DNA of 64,000 bases from Marsupella aquatica (lineage: Eukaryota; Plantae; Marchantiophyta), in NCBI GenBank assembly GCA_973895155.1, contig OZ316895.1, forward strand, positions 19,854,803-19,918,802, given 5' to 3'. Position 1 is the first letter of the stretch. Each line of letters begins with the position of its first letter. Below are positions 14,528-30,598 of this stretch, piece by piece. The translations under genes and the position numbers were made by a program. Below the pieces are notes generated by a model. That model ran no database searches. It saw nothing but the letters and a program-made list of their open reading frames with translations, and was not told the DNA's origin.

Positions 14528-14870
14528 ATCAATCTATTCATTAAAAGTGTATTATTATTCAATTTATGAACATTTGGGCAATAAAAAGTGTACATTTGGC
14601 TTTCAAAAAGTGTATATTTGAGCAAGAAATAAAGGTGATGGCCATCAGATGTACCACCATGTTCATCCTTTGTAAATGAACTAGGATGAGACTCTTTCTA
14701 GTAAAGATCATTTTTGTCCCCTTAAGTTTACAATTGACCATTTGGGTGAAGAGTATTGTACTATAATGTCCCTTTTGGGGTTAAAAAGTGTAAATTTAGA
14801 GACCAAAAAGTGAACATTTAGATGCCTAAAAGTGAACAAAATAAAATACACTTTTAATGAATAGGGTGAT
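14528..14870. mobile_element. 343-bp TIR MITE with 4-bp TSD (AAAC), inserted in Copia integrase
   Basis: Termini ATCAATCTATTCATTAAAAGTGTATT ... AATACACTTTTAATGAATAGGGTGAT. AAAC at 14524-14527 and 14871-14874. Removing it restores PMLMQTQLPTTTWGHAVLHA. Confidence 0.88.
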
Positions 14871-16541
14871 AAACGCAGTTACCCACAACTACCTGGGGTC
14901 ACGCTGTACTACATGCAGTAGCTTTACTTAAATATCACCCATCGATGTACAATGACCAAACTCCACACCACTTAGCCTTTGGAGTAGACCCTAATATATC
15001 CCACGTCAGGACTTTTGGTTGCCAAGTACTAGTCCCCATAATGGGACCCAAACGTACTAAGATGGGACCTCAAAGACAAAAAGGCATATATGTTGGTTTT
15101 GAGTCACCATCCATAATCAGGTACTAAGAACCATCAATTGCCGATGTCTTTCAAGCAAGCTAGGTTCCCTGACTGCCATTTTTACAAGAACATTTTTCCC
15201 AAATTATTTGAAGAAAAACCACAATTTGAACGACCTCATAACTTAGAATTACGATGGTAGACTCAATCCACTATTTGGAACAATCCACGAACACAACAAT
15301 GCAAAGAAGAAGTCCGTAGAATATTGCAATTGACAAAGATTGTGGAGCAAATGCCAAACGCATTTACAGATATTGCGCAGGTGATGAGATCACATATCCC
15401 TGTTGCAAACGCTCCTGCACGTTTGCAAGAATCCACACAATTGGCCACAAACCAACCACCAAGAGCAAACCATGAACGTCCTTTGGGATCTAAAGATACC
15501 CAACCACTTGAGACAAAGAAAAACAACCACAACAATATCACTTGTAATACCAGAAGTGATACCCACACCAAATCCTGTGGAAATCCCAGAAAATGAAAAA
15601 TATCAATTCACTACATGAATACTGGGACTATATGGAATAGAAATAATATTCCCATGGACAACAATTTTGCCTTTCACATTTCCCAAAATATCATGAATAC
15701 ACAAGTACTTGAGCCTAAAATGATCAGTGAGGCACAGAAAAGCCCAGATTGGTCAGAATGGGAAAAGACAATTAATTCAAAATTGGATTAACTGATTAAA
15801 CGCCAAGTGTTTGGACCTATTGTCCCAGCACCACCATATACCCACTTAACGAACTACAAGTGGACATTCATGAAAAAGAGAAACGCTCAAGGACAAGTCG
15901 CAAGATATAAAGCATGCCTTGTTGCAAAAGGATACACACAAATACCTAGACGTGACTTTGACTTGACATACACACCAATGATGGATGCAATAACCTATAG
16001 ATACCTAATCGGCTTTTCCCTAGGTCATCGACTAATGATGCATCAGATGAATGTCGTAACAGCATATTTATATGGATTACTATATACTACGATACACATG
16101 AAAGCACCCCCAAAATTAATAAAGAGACACACATATCATATTCAGGGGGAGCATAAGACAAAGCAAAACCCTACCACACATCTCTACCTTATACCACAAA
16201 AAGACCCTAGGAAGGGAAAACGGGGTATGGCGGACCTATAGTCCTGTAGCCACCATGGAGTGGACCTATTGCTTTTCCTAAGAGCGGACCTATTGTCCTC
16301 CAATACATAAATCCATGCCTCTGGCCAAGGATGGATATGTTGTCCAGATCATGAGATCTTTATATGGATTAAAGCAAAGTGGAAGAATGTGGTATCATAG
16401 ATTTAGAGATGAAATGTTGAATATGGATTTTACTAATGAAGATATTGCTTCTTGTTTATTCATTAAAAAAATGATGAAGAATTTTTGATAATCGTTGTTT
16501 ACGTAGATGACATTAATTTGTTTGGACACCTAAACTTATTA

Positions 16542-16854
16542 GAGGCTTTACACCGTGCCAGGAAACAGGAAATTTTTTTCCTGTTATGAGCAAAACTTTA
16601 TAGTTACGAGCAAAGATGAAATATAAAAAATGTCTAATTAAAACTCAAAATTTTCAAAATATTTTTAAAAACAAAATTTTTTGGCTAGCGTAAGGCGCTA
16701 GTAAAAACATGTCAAAAATACAAACCAAAAAAGAAAATTCCAAAAACAATTCTGAAAAAATTCTGAAAAAATTGTCATCCATTTGTTGTTTACTGTTTAC
16801 TGTTTGTTGTTTGTTATTTCCTTTTTCCTGTTTCTTGGGATGGTGGTTATACCC
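16542..16854. mobile_element. 313-bp Mutator-like MITE with 9-bp TSD, inserted in Copia RT
   Basis: AACTTATTA at 16533-16541 and 16855-16863. Imperfect TIR: CACCGTGCCAGGAAACAGGAAA versus TTTCCTGTTTCTTGGGATGGTG. Confidence 0.88.
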
Positions 16855-18020
16855 AACTTATTACAACACACTATTGAGATACTAAAATGCGTATTTGAGA
16901 TGAAAGACTTAGGCCAAACTCACTATTGTTTGGGCCTACGGTTTGAACACCTACCTTATGATATACTTTTACACCAGAGTACTTACACTACCAAAATCCT
17001 CAAACAATTCAATATGAACAAGGCACATCCTCTAACTTCTCCTATGGAAGTACGATCTCTAAACAAAGACAAAGATGCATTCAGGAAGAGAAACAAAAAT
17101 GAACCACTACTCGGTCCCGAAAAACCATATTTATCAGAAATAGGAGCACTCATGTTTTTAGCCAACCAAACACAATCGGATATCTCTTTTGCAGTAAACC
17201 TACTAACCAGACACAGTGCACAACTTACTATACACCATTGGAATGACATAAAAAGAATAATGCATTACCTCCAAGGAACCATTGATATGAGACTATATTT
17301 CCCTAATAACACTAATAAGACCTTTTGTTAACAGGCTACGCAGACGTTGGATATTTATCAGACCCAGACGACGCTAAATCACGGACTGATTATGTATTTT
17401 TTGTACGGTACTACAACCATTTCCTGGAAAAGCACTAAACAAACACTAACATGCACCTCATCTAACCATGCCGAGATTATTGCATTATATGAAACTAACA
17501 GAGAGTGCATTTGGCTAAGAAGAGTAAACGACCATATTCATACAAACTGCGGCTTGCCAACACTAACCAAACCTAGCTACTACACTATTCAAAGATAATC
17601 AAGCATGTGTTGAGTAGGTCTCGAAAGGATTCATCAAAGGAGACCGAATCAAGCATATCACGCCAAAATTCTTCTTCACCCATGAACAACAAGGAGACAC
17701 CATTCAAGTGGAAACAATTGCAAGCAAATACAACCATGTTGACTTATTCACAAAAGCCTTGACTCTAGCACTACATACTATTCATTGTCAAGGCATAGGT
17801 TTACACAGACTATCAAAACTCAAAGATTAAACATAACACTAACTCTAGATAATCATAAACTTTTGTATTCTTATCTGTAAAGATAGTTGTACTCTTTCCC
17901 TCGCAGGAGTATGAGAGGGTTTTAATGATACAACACCTCCATAAGAACAAAGTACAAAACATAAAACTTTTGTTGGAGAACTTAACTAATATAGAATTGC
18001 TTGCATTACTCCCATAATAA

Positions 18021-18109
18021 AATCAAGGGGGAGTGTTAAGATACTATAGTTAAGTCCTAACCATGGTTAGGAACCTGCATTGTACCTCTTTACCCTCATC
18101 TATATAACA
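18021..18109 (+). repeat. Copia polypurine tract and short or truncated 3' LTR
   Basis: AATCAAGGGGGAG then TGTTA(18034)...TAACA(18109). Contains TATATAA and an 18-bp palindrome. True right end uncertain. Confidence 0.6.
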
Positions 18110-18711
18110 CCCTAGGAAGAAGTTGGGGTAGCAATTGGAGATTACATCGAACAATTTCCAATTTTTTTGGAGTATTTAAGAGTGTTGGAGTGACATTTAG
18201 AGCAAGTTATATGTTTTTATGCATTTATGTCTTCACACCTTCAAAGTAATTACAGGTAAAAGTGTTAAAGGACTTACACTCAACACGTGGAATTGGGAGA
18301 TTAAGTTTGGAAAGTGAAATGATGACTATGGAAAATATTTACCCCAACATTGATGGCTCATTTGCAACAAAGAGAGATATTAGAAGCCATTCAAAAGACT
18401 TTTAGAACCAAGGCTAGCATCAAGTAATAAAATTGTATTTTGAACAGAGAGGGTTTTGGGAGGGTTAAAAGACTTCCCCAAAGGATATCTCAAAAAGTTT
18501 TGTACATAATTGGAAGACACTATGGGGGAGCTCACTTTTACACCCTAAACAAAATAGCTAGGGATACACTAACTAAATAGTGCAAGTTCCCGCCTCCCCC
18601 CTCTATTCTCATATCTTAATTGAACGAACGTCTGTATTTGCGTTCACGTAACGTGTAATCACACTAGTTTAGCACAATACGAACGCAGTACCCAAAGTCC
18701 GCAAACGTTGG

Positions 18712-18719
18712 TTTCGCGC
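18712..18719 (+). promoter_or_regulatory. E2F-type site TTTCGCGC upstream of the RecQ gene
   Basis: Exact match to TTTSSCGS about 310 bp upstream of the ATG, with a near-site TTCCCGCC at ~18587. E2F control of replication and repair genes is established; function here is inferred. Confidence 0.5.
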
Positions 18720-19028
18720 GCATTTTTGATTGAAAAAATTGTCGTTCAGTCGCTGCTTGGAATTGCACACTTCGATTGCATTCTTGCTACTGTGCCTCCG
18801 AAGACTGTATTCCTGCGATTGTGATTCCGAAGTATTGCTGCGATTGTGATTCCGAAGGACGGATTGACGAGACAGTGAGTTGCGGACAGAAACGAGTGAT
18901 GAATAGAGAATGGATCGGAGATGAGAATTTAACAAATGAATGCATGATTGCATCTCACAGTGCGGTTGCATTCAGTAGCTTTATGTTTGAACGGGAATGT
19001 ACTTTGGGTGAGCGAGGGAGCCGGAGAA

Positions 19029-22996
<3,968 letters not shown>

Positions 22997-24850
22997 TCGT
23001 CCTAACAGGCTGCAGTTTTGGGATATCGTACAGAAATTGTTTCTGAAGGAAAGGCAAATCTTTTATGAAAATGTAGAACTGTTCCTAAATGGAGTTGTTG
23101 GAAGGAACTATACTCCTGCCGTGATCGTATCAGATTATATTCAGGGTGGGTCTCGGCGTCTACCGTATTGCTCATGACAATGGCTTGCCGAACCATGCGT
23201 GGCCAAACGCAGCCCAACAGTTCGGACACTATTGGTGCAACAATTAAAGCAACCTGGTTGGAATGCAACCAACAAGACGGTGTTGCTCCAGCTCTTTAAT
23301 GGGCTGCCTCTTAAATTGCTTTACAGAGCGCAACTAATCTCTGAGTTGGGACCATTCTTTTGACTTTTAATATTTTGAAAAGCAACGTGTCCGATAAGTT
23401 AGGGCTGGCCACCTCTTCAACGTATTTCAAGATCATTATAGTCCCATCCTGATCAGTTATCTGTTGGCATTGTGGGCCTTGCCAGCCGGTTTGATGTGTT
23501 TGTTGTTTGCGGCATACGTCCTCAATTTTGATTGTAATAAATTTACCTGGGCTATTCCCTTCCAGCATTACATATAATAACTGATAACAATAATAATTTA
23601 CTTCCCATAAATCATAGGTTAGGATGTGCTACCTCTTGAGATAAGTTGGGTATCACACAATTATATATGCTTGAAATCACAAGTGGGGCATTGTGGTGAC
23701 TTGTGATAGGTTATGCTATAGTTTCAGTTCTGGGTTCTGTGCCACTTCATCTCTGGTTGATTTAGGCTAGCTAATTCAGGTTAGGTCAGTATGATAATAC
23801 AATATTTATCTGAATTGGATACCATTCAACTGGCAATTAGGTGGAGAATTTGGTCACATAGATCTTGTATTTTGCTTCAATTTGTTGGTTGCTATGTACA
23901 AATTTATAACAGAAAAGGGGTCATTCATCCCATTGCCGTAAGACTTTGCTTGCGGGCCCTACGGTTTAGGGTTTAGGGGAAAGTGGCTCTTTAAGGAACC
24001 TTCATAGGCTTGGCACCAAAATAAAATTAAAAAAAAACATTTGACAATGGGACTAGTTATGGGCAAATGTTATGACCAGTGTTTGGTGGGTATAGGGTTT
24101 CCTTTAGCCAGGTAAAGGTATATGTAGTGGACATCTCTCCCCACTAGGTATGGTATTGAACTGTATATAAAGTCCCCCCAAAATTTCTAAATTCAAAAAT
24201 TCTCAGGTTGTAGACTGGTATAAATATAAAGTTATGGGGGGTTATACCATGGTAGTAAGGGAATAACAGGTAAAGGTACAGTAAAATATGACTCATAGTA
24301 GCCCAAAATCCAACTAAAGTTCACCAAATCATACCCTTTTTAATATCCGCTTTGTGCCAGTACTTCCTTGCCAATGCAAATTGATTTTTGCAGGACCACA
24401 GATTCATATGAGAAATTTGTTTATCTCTCCCCAACAATGCTTATGACCAGAACCTCTGTGTAGATTGGCTGGGTGCTTCTTAAGTGGTATGGCTGAGGGC
24501 TCTTGGATATCGGCAGCCCTTGCTTTTGCCTAAACCTCTCTTGGCATCATATTATTGACTGACTATTTCATGTCTGAATGTCTGAACCCCTCCCTCAGGC
24601 AGGCCTGACTGCACTTAAAATCAAGATCCAAGTGCAAAGGTTGGAACTTTTTGCCTTTTTGGCCCTTAGGTTCCTGACCTTTGAAATGTGAATAAAACAA
24701 AATGACAGCAGCAGGTCCCACTAACACTAGCAACAATCACGGCTTCTTGTTGTGCATCCCTGACTGTATTTTCTCAGCAGCTTAATTAGAGAGAACTGAG
24801 GCTGCTAAAGAAATGGTCGCATACATGCAAGCCATAGCACCCAAATGGCC

Positions 24851-24999
24851 ACTGTCTCTCATGGAACCTGGATCCACCAAATTTCACCATTAACAGTGAA
24901 AATTTCCTGAATTTGTGGAGGAGACTGTCTCTCATGGAACCTGGATCCACCAAATTTCACCATTAACAGAGAAAATTTCCTGAATTTGTGGAGGAGACT
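24851..24999. repeat. Tandem duplication, 2 x 73 bp
   Basis: ACTGTCTCTCATGGAACCTGGATCC...TGTGGAGGAG starts at 24851 and again at 24924, with 1 visible mismatch. Confidence 0.9.
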
Positions 25000-25887
25000 A
25001 ACAAAGTTAGAGGACAAGAGTGAAGGTTTCACCATTAGCGCTTCTCAAAGCTCATCTTTTGAGGGCCCATAATTGTCTTGTTGCAGAAATGATCCTCACA
25101 TGTTAAGCACAGCTTCCCAGATGACCTTTAACTTGTGGCCTTAAGAAACAACCTTAACTTGTGTCTGCTTTGGCAATTCCACAGATTTCTGAATCAAAAA
25201 TTCAAAAAAACTCTTACTGTTGATGGTAAGACTACGAACAAAGTATAATGACCAAATTGTTACGGCCAAAGTCCCATTACCAAATTGTTAAGGCCAAAGT
25301 CCCATGACCGTAACATTCCAGCTTTGAGACTCCCTATCAATAGTACACTTTCCTGAAATTGTGTACGAAACCTCGCTGGGTAAAGGATGAGAGTGAGTGG
25401 AATGTGTAAAAACGGAGGAAGTCTTGGACCCTTCCCTTTATATGGGGCCTGTGGTGATTTCTTGGGCCAGGTTTCTCGTCCTGCCCAAGGACTGTTCATC
25501 CTGCCACCCGTCACCTACAACATCGACGGATCAACCCCTATGCTCGCTCTCTTTACGTTCCTCCGATTCTCCCTGACAATAATCTGCCCTCCTGTCTTAT
25601 CTCGCTAAAAAGCCACTGTGTTTTTCCTTACCCACGAAACCTCACTTGGGCCCCTCCTGTCTCACCTTCTCGAGCTTTTCAGCTGGAGCCTCTCTCCTCC
25701 ACCATATCCGGGCTCCCGCTTCCATGGTGGGGTTTCTGTAGGTGAAGGAGGTGAAATTCAGGGTGTGGGTATCAGGTACCGAGGAAAGGGTCTCATTTTG
25801 TTCGTGGGTTTTGTTCAATTCTGTCTCTCAATTCCACCTCTAGATGCACACTCTGCACCATCGGTGCCAAGACGTGACTTGCTGTCT

Positions 25888-27258
25888 ATGGCTAGCATGA
25901 GCACCACCACTGCATCTCTGGGTGTGGGCAGCAGCACCATGAGTCACAGATTAGCCGCCCTGGCTAGCAGCTCTCAGATTTCAAATGGTGGGCTGAATGC
26001 CGCCCTGCCGTTCAAGCTGAACAATCTGAGTATCGCTTTGGAGTTCGGACACGGCCAGCACCACCAACAGAAAAGGAAGGAGAAGAAAAGGCAGAGCCTC
26101 ATGGTTTGTGCTTCTTCCACTGGAGGGAGAGAGCTGTACCAGCCCTTCAGGCCGCCCCCTAGTCCGCTGTCCAGCACTCCTTCTGGAGCGACAACGATTG
26201 AGAATCAGCTGGAAGTTCTCAGAGACAGGCAGGGTTTATGGTTTGTCTATGCCACCGTCATCCCCTCCCTCGGCCGGGCAGGATTCACACCCAGTGAGAT
26301 TGATGAAGCGACAGGCCTCACTGGCCATGAGCAGAACCAGCTTGTAGTGGGTGCACAGGTACGAGATTCGCTCATATCTACCGGGATGGACAAGGAATTG
26401 GTGGCCTGGTTTGATGTGGGTGGGCCAGAACGATTGTACGAATTGAGAACACTCTCAGTTCTGGAGAGAAAAGCTGCAGCCCAGTTTGTGATCGAGAGGA
26501 ACATGGATGCAAAGCTTGTCCGTGATCTTGCTAAGGCAATGAAGGATTTCCCTAGGAGGAAGAGTACCGAGGGATTTGCGTCATTCACCACTGCACCGGG
26601 TGATTGCTTGGCATTTGCACTCTATAGGCAAAGCAAGGAGACCAGCAGTGACTCCGAGGCAGAGTCGATTTTGAACAGGGCTCTGGAATTCGCTGCGACT
26701 GAGAAAGCCAAGGCGAAGGTGTTGAGCGCTTTGGGAGTGGGTGAGGAGGAGGTTTCCGTGGCGCCTGAGATCGCAAAGGTCAAAGTGTTGGTCCTGAGGC
26801 TCGCTTCTGAAACGATTCCGGTTGTGCTTCCCGTTGCTGACTTTTCTGCTAAAGCCCTTGATGAAGCTCCGGCCATTCCTGCTGTGGCCCGTGGTTCATC
26901 GTCTGGAAATTTTAATATTTCGACCACAAACTCGCCTTGGGCATCATGGACTGCAATTCCAAGCTGGAGGCCCATTGCTTCTGCAAAGTCTCCAGTGGCT
27001 CTACTTGTCCCTGATGGAACTGTTCTTCCCAAGAACACTGGGATCAAGCTAGCCAAGGATGCAATTCTTTTAGTCGTAGATAAAGGGGATAAAGAGATAG
27101 GGGACGATAGTTTCTTTTTGGTGGTTCCGTCAGAAGGTGGCCTCACGTTGCAGGCAGGATCTAAAATCTTGCCTGGTCAGACGGTGCTTGGCAAAGTTTT
27201 GATAGCTCTAAAACCTCCTCTACCTGAAGATCCCAACTTAGACACAGATTGGGAATAG
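25888..27258 (+). CDS. RAF1: Rubisco accumulation factor 1, chloroplastic (intronless)
   Basis: Ser/Ala-rich transit peptide from ATG 25888, then ELYQPFRPPPSPL, LRDRQGLW, GFTP..IDEATGLTG.EQNQLVVGAQVRDSL, LYELR.LS, AKAMKDFPRR, PGDCLA and acidic C-terminal DWE, all typical of plant RAF1. Confidence 0.95.
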   Translation: MASMSTTTASLGVGSSTMSHRLAALASSSQISNGGLNAALPFKLNNLSIALEFGHGQHHQQKRKEKKRQSLMVCASSTGGRELYQPFRPPPSPLSSTPSGATTIENQLEVLRDRQGLWFVYATVIPSLGRAGFTPSEIDEATGLTGHEQNQLVVGAQVRDSLISTGMDKELVAWFDVGGPERLYELRTLSVLERKAAAQFVIERNMDAKLVRDLAKAMKDFPRRKSTEGFASFTTAPGDCLAFALYRQSKETSSDSEAESILNRALEFAATEKAKAKVLSALGVGEEEVSVAPEIAKVKVLVLRLASETIPVVLPVADFSAKALDEAPAIPAVARGSSSGNFNISTTNSPWASWTAIPSWRPIASAKSPVALLVPDGTVLPKNTGIKLAKDAILLVVDKGDKEIGDDSFFLVVPSEGGLTLQAGSKILPGQTVLGKVLIALKPPLPEDPNLDTDWE

Positions 27259-29038
27259 TTTTACATTCAGGGTTAGCCACTGGAATTTTAGTTTCAATTT
27301 TGATTTGTACTGTCAAACAAAGAGCACACGAGGAAAGTTCCTGCCCTGCCGTTTCTTGGCAGGGCCTTCAACAAAGACTTTTGTGGGATTGTGCTGGCTC
27401 AAGGGATTGTAAATTAACTTCGAGTGAATGAAGAATTCTAGGCGACCTGAAAGCTGTGGTGGTCAAATCTTAGCTTTTTACAATTCTGCTTTGTGGGGGA
27501 AGGGCAATTGTGTCTCCGTCTCACTACCATCGTCAGCGATTCTTTTTTGAATTTTGATGTCGTCTGGGATGTTTGTTGAAGTATCCATAATATTAGTTCT
27601 TGACTGTGGCACCAGTCTTGAATGCTGAGGCTTAGAAAGAGCCTCTCTATGTTGCAGCCAGGTTGTGGGTTTTGTGATCCAGGTTCACTGTTAGCACACA
27701 CATCGTTTAAACGGTCCAAAACCTCCAAAAGCTTTTTAAGAGTTTGGACCTTGGCAATGGTCATGACTATATGTGTGCCACAACCAGTCTTTCTCAGTTG
27801 GTTTTGTGTGTGTGCTTCCGGCTTATATTTGGCCTTTGCTCACAGTGACCTTCCAGTAGGACCTTGTTTGGCTTGATTTTATCGACCTGTTCAAACGTTC
27901 AGTGATTTTCTGTATGCTATACCCATGGGTTTTTGGGTAGCAGTTCCTTGGGTCATCTAATCACCTTTAAGATAGCAACTTATCCCGAATTTGGCTCTGT
28001 GATAACCTATATCTCAATTGCTTGTTGTTTCCACGAACTGAACGGGACAAACTGTGGCCTCTCCTTGTTTTGCCATTAGTCGTCTCGTTCTATGTGCTTG
28101 CAACTGTAAGAATCTACTATTCGACATTGTGAGCCCCGATTGCTGTCTTCTGATTGCTTGTCTCGTTTTATGTACTTGCAAGTGTACGAATCTTCAATTC
28201 CACATTGTAAGCCCAAGCTGGCTGCTACACTCTGAATCTAAGTTTAGCGCAGACAACTTCTTTCGCTAGAAGATTCCAATGAGTTTCTGCACCCCTCTTC
28301 ATCAACATCAATTTCAGTGAAGCAACGCCAGACAAGTTGGGGAAAAAATTGCCATGAATCGCCTCGGGGTGAAGCAATTGATTGCCGCGTATCGTGAAGT
28401 AATATTTTATTTTCGTGAAACATTATTTACTCTTTCAAGAGTATATGGATCATTGCAACGACGGGACAGAAAACATTACGTTTCATGACCCCTCAAGAGC
28501 CCAGGTTATCACGAACCCTCCAGTTCCCTGACATCTCAAGAGGCAATCAGCCTCTTTGTGGAAGAGTTAGTGGAAGATCTTCATCACTTCAAAATCCAGC
28601 TGAAGACTAGTCTACGAATTTTCAAGGCACATATGTTTTGCAACTTCCATTGAGTCCAGACTTGACAATTGTGCTACCTGTATCAGACAAACCTACGACC
28701 ATGACAATATTATGTTGCAAATTAGAACTAGCTACGGCCGTAGATCCCTGTATAAAAGTAGGCATGTCTTCTTGATGTTAGCCAACGCTAACCTGCCCGC
28801 TCAAAAAGCATAAATTTGACAAAACGGAAAGTTTTCATTGTCATTCAATGGATGCAAGTATCTAACCTAAATGACCCCCATCTGCCATCAGCACCTGTGC
28901 TGAAAAGCAAATCAGCTATACAAGGACATAAGATGTACAGTTTACACAATTCAGTGCCTTCTCAGGCTGCTTCACGTATGGTCTACGGAAGCCTTATGGT
29001 ATGCTTGGCTGGAGACCAGGTCCGGCCGCAGCTTTAGG

Positions 29039-29428
29039 TCATCCATCTTCACCATCACTGCCGACTGGAAGGGCATCCATGTAATAGTCAATCCCCGTCC
29101 CATCACCGCCAATAACCTTTACTCTTTCAAGAATAAACTTCCCCTCCTTGTACTTTTGAGATTGCTCGTGGGCCACTTCATATTTCCAACCAACAATTTG
29201 TTGGCAGCAGTTGCAAAAAATGTCGGCAACGGTGTGAAGCCCTGTGGTCATCAGTCGATCTTCTTGAGGCCCCACCGACACATTCACCACGGTTTTGAAC
29301 AGGTAGGCCTTACCATGGCGGCAGTGGAACGCCTTGGAAACCAATTCGTCAAGTTTGGCCAAGTGGCTGTGGCAGAATCGGCAACTGTAGATGCGCCCAT
29401 CGAGCTGTATCAAATACAACTTTCCCAT
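29039..29428 (-). CDS. Yippee-like (YPEL) zinc-binding protein, 129 aa, intronless CDS
   Basis: MGKLYLIQLDGRIYSCRFC..HLA....VSKAFHCRHGKAYLF..VVNV..G..EDRLMTTGLHTVADIFCNCC...VGWKYE.AHEQSQKYKEGKFILER. Confidence 0.95.
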   Translation of the reverse strand: MGKLYLIQLDGRIYSCRFCHSHLAKLDELVSKAFHCRHGKAYLFKTVVNVSVGPQEDRLMTTGLHTVADIFCNCCQQIVGWKYEVAHEQSQKYKEGKFILERVKVIGGDGTGIDYYMDALPVGSDGEDG

Positions 29429-30526
29429 GCCTGTTTCCCTCTTGCTTTCTCGTCGATTAGCTTCCAATTCTCTCCTCTCCCCTCCGTCTCTCGTATCGTC
29501 TAACTCTACACCAGGCGCAGCATATTGAACGGAATTCACAAATTCTCCTCTTCAATGAAGTCAGGGTCTTTCCTTACTTGTCAGCTGCTTCAATCATACC
29601 CTTTGTTGGCGGCCGTGGCTTCAGGATCCTCGCTCGGCTCGTCTCGGCTTGGATAGTCGTGAATCACCCGTACGCGCATATGAATTGGAAAGGCGCCGGA
29701 CTGTTGGTTCCCATCCGAGATAGGACAGAAGCTTGCAACAGAAACCTTCGCAAGTTCTTCATGGGGCCGACCCTGACCTCCTCAAGATCCAATCAAATGC
29801 CCTCTCTCTCTCCGTCCTGCGATGCAACAAAACCACTCCGCAATACTTCAAACCGAGGCCGGCCATGAACATGAAAGGGTACCCTCAGGAAGCGTTACCC
29901 TCTCATCATCACAGACGACACAAAGAGAAGAAGAATTGCTACTAAGCCTAAATGTGAACGAGGCTCACCCAACAAAGAATTGAACAGCAGCGGCAGGTCC
30001 AGACGATACAATGCCTGACTCGCATGACGCTTCTCAGCGCCCACTTACGCTTAGGTGAAGGTTGCTTCTTTTGCAGGGAGAGTACAGAAGAGGTTTCGTT
30101 TCCATTTTGGTCAAGCAAGCTTCACAGAAGATGTGGCCAGCCACCACCCCACAGATCTTTCCTCTGCCACATGATTTCTTCCAGCCCAGAGAGTAAGTTG
30201 GGATGCACGCCAGCAATACGCGCATGGGAATACTTTTGGGGAATTGGGAGGAGGAGGAGGAGGCGGAAGAGTAGGACGGACATATTTATTTCTGATGGGT
30301 AATATATTCTCTTGTAGCCTAATGCCCCTGGGTTACAATAGTGGAGCGTAAAAGATATCGAATAAAAAAGATGAGGAGCGAAAGTGTTATCAACCATAAA
30401 TGTTGTTGACGGGGGGATCTCTTGCCCAGCATGAGTGTTCATGACAAAAGACAAGATGAGCCTCTCCTATTTAGCTGTTGCTTGTGCCTGCCACCCATCA
30501 TTTTTTTCTTTTTAATTTTCCCAAGC

Positions 30527-30598
30527 ATAAATAGGGTGAATGAACCCCACTTTTGGGTGGGATAAATAGGGTGAATGAACCCCACTTTTGGGTGGGAT
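30527..30598. repeat. Tandem duplication, 2 x 35 bp
   Basis: ATAAATAGGGTGAATGAACCCCACTTTTGGGTGGG repeated twice. Confidence 0.85.

Larger units (their letters stand above)
13090..18109 (+). mobile_element. Ty1/Copia retrotransposon, Bianca-like lineage, 5' truncated within gag
   Basis: RG-rich gag plus degenerate knuckle (WFRCYTKGHPQKLC), protease CIVDSDTSHTIL, LWHTRLGH, integrase IRVDNA / WGHAVLHA, RT VVTAYLYG / RSLYGLKQSGRMWY / YVDD, RNaseH TSSNHAEIIAL and GDRIKHITPKFF (Bianca-type). PPT AAGGGGGAG is followed by TG at 18034. Confidence 0.92.

Noticed and set aside
25618-25887. 90-aa N-terminal extension of RAF1 in the ORF track
   Set aside because: Starts at GTG. The first ATG (25888) begins a typical transit peptide, so the extension is probably 5' UTR.
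29429-29539. N-terminal extension of the Yippee ORF
   Set aside because: Non-ATG start; family homology begins at MGKLY.
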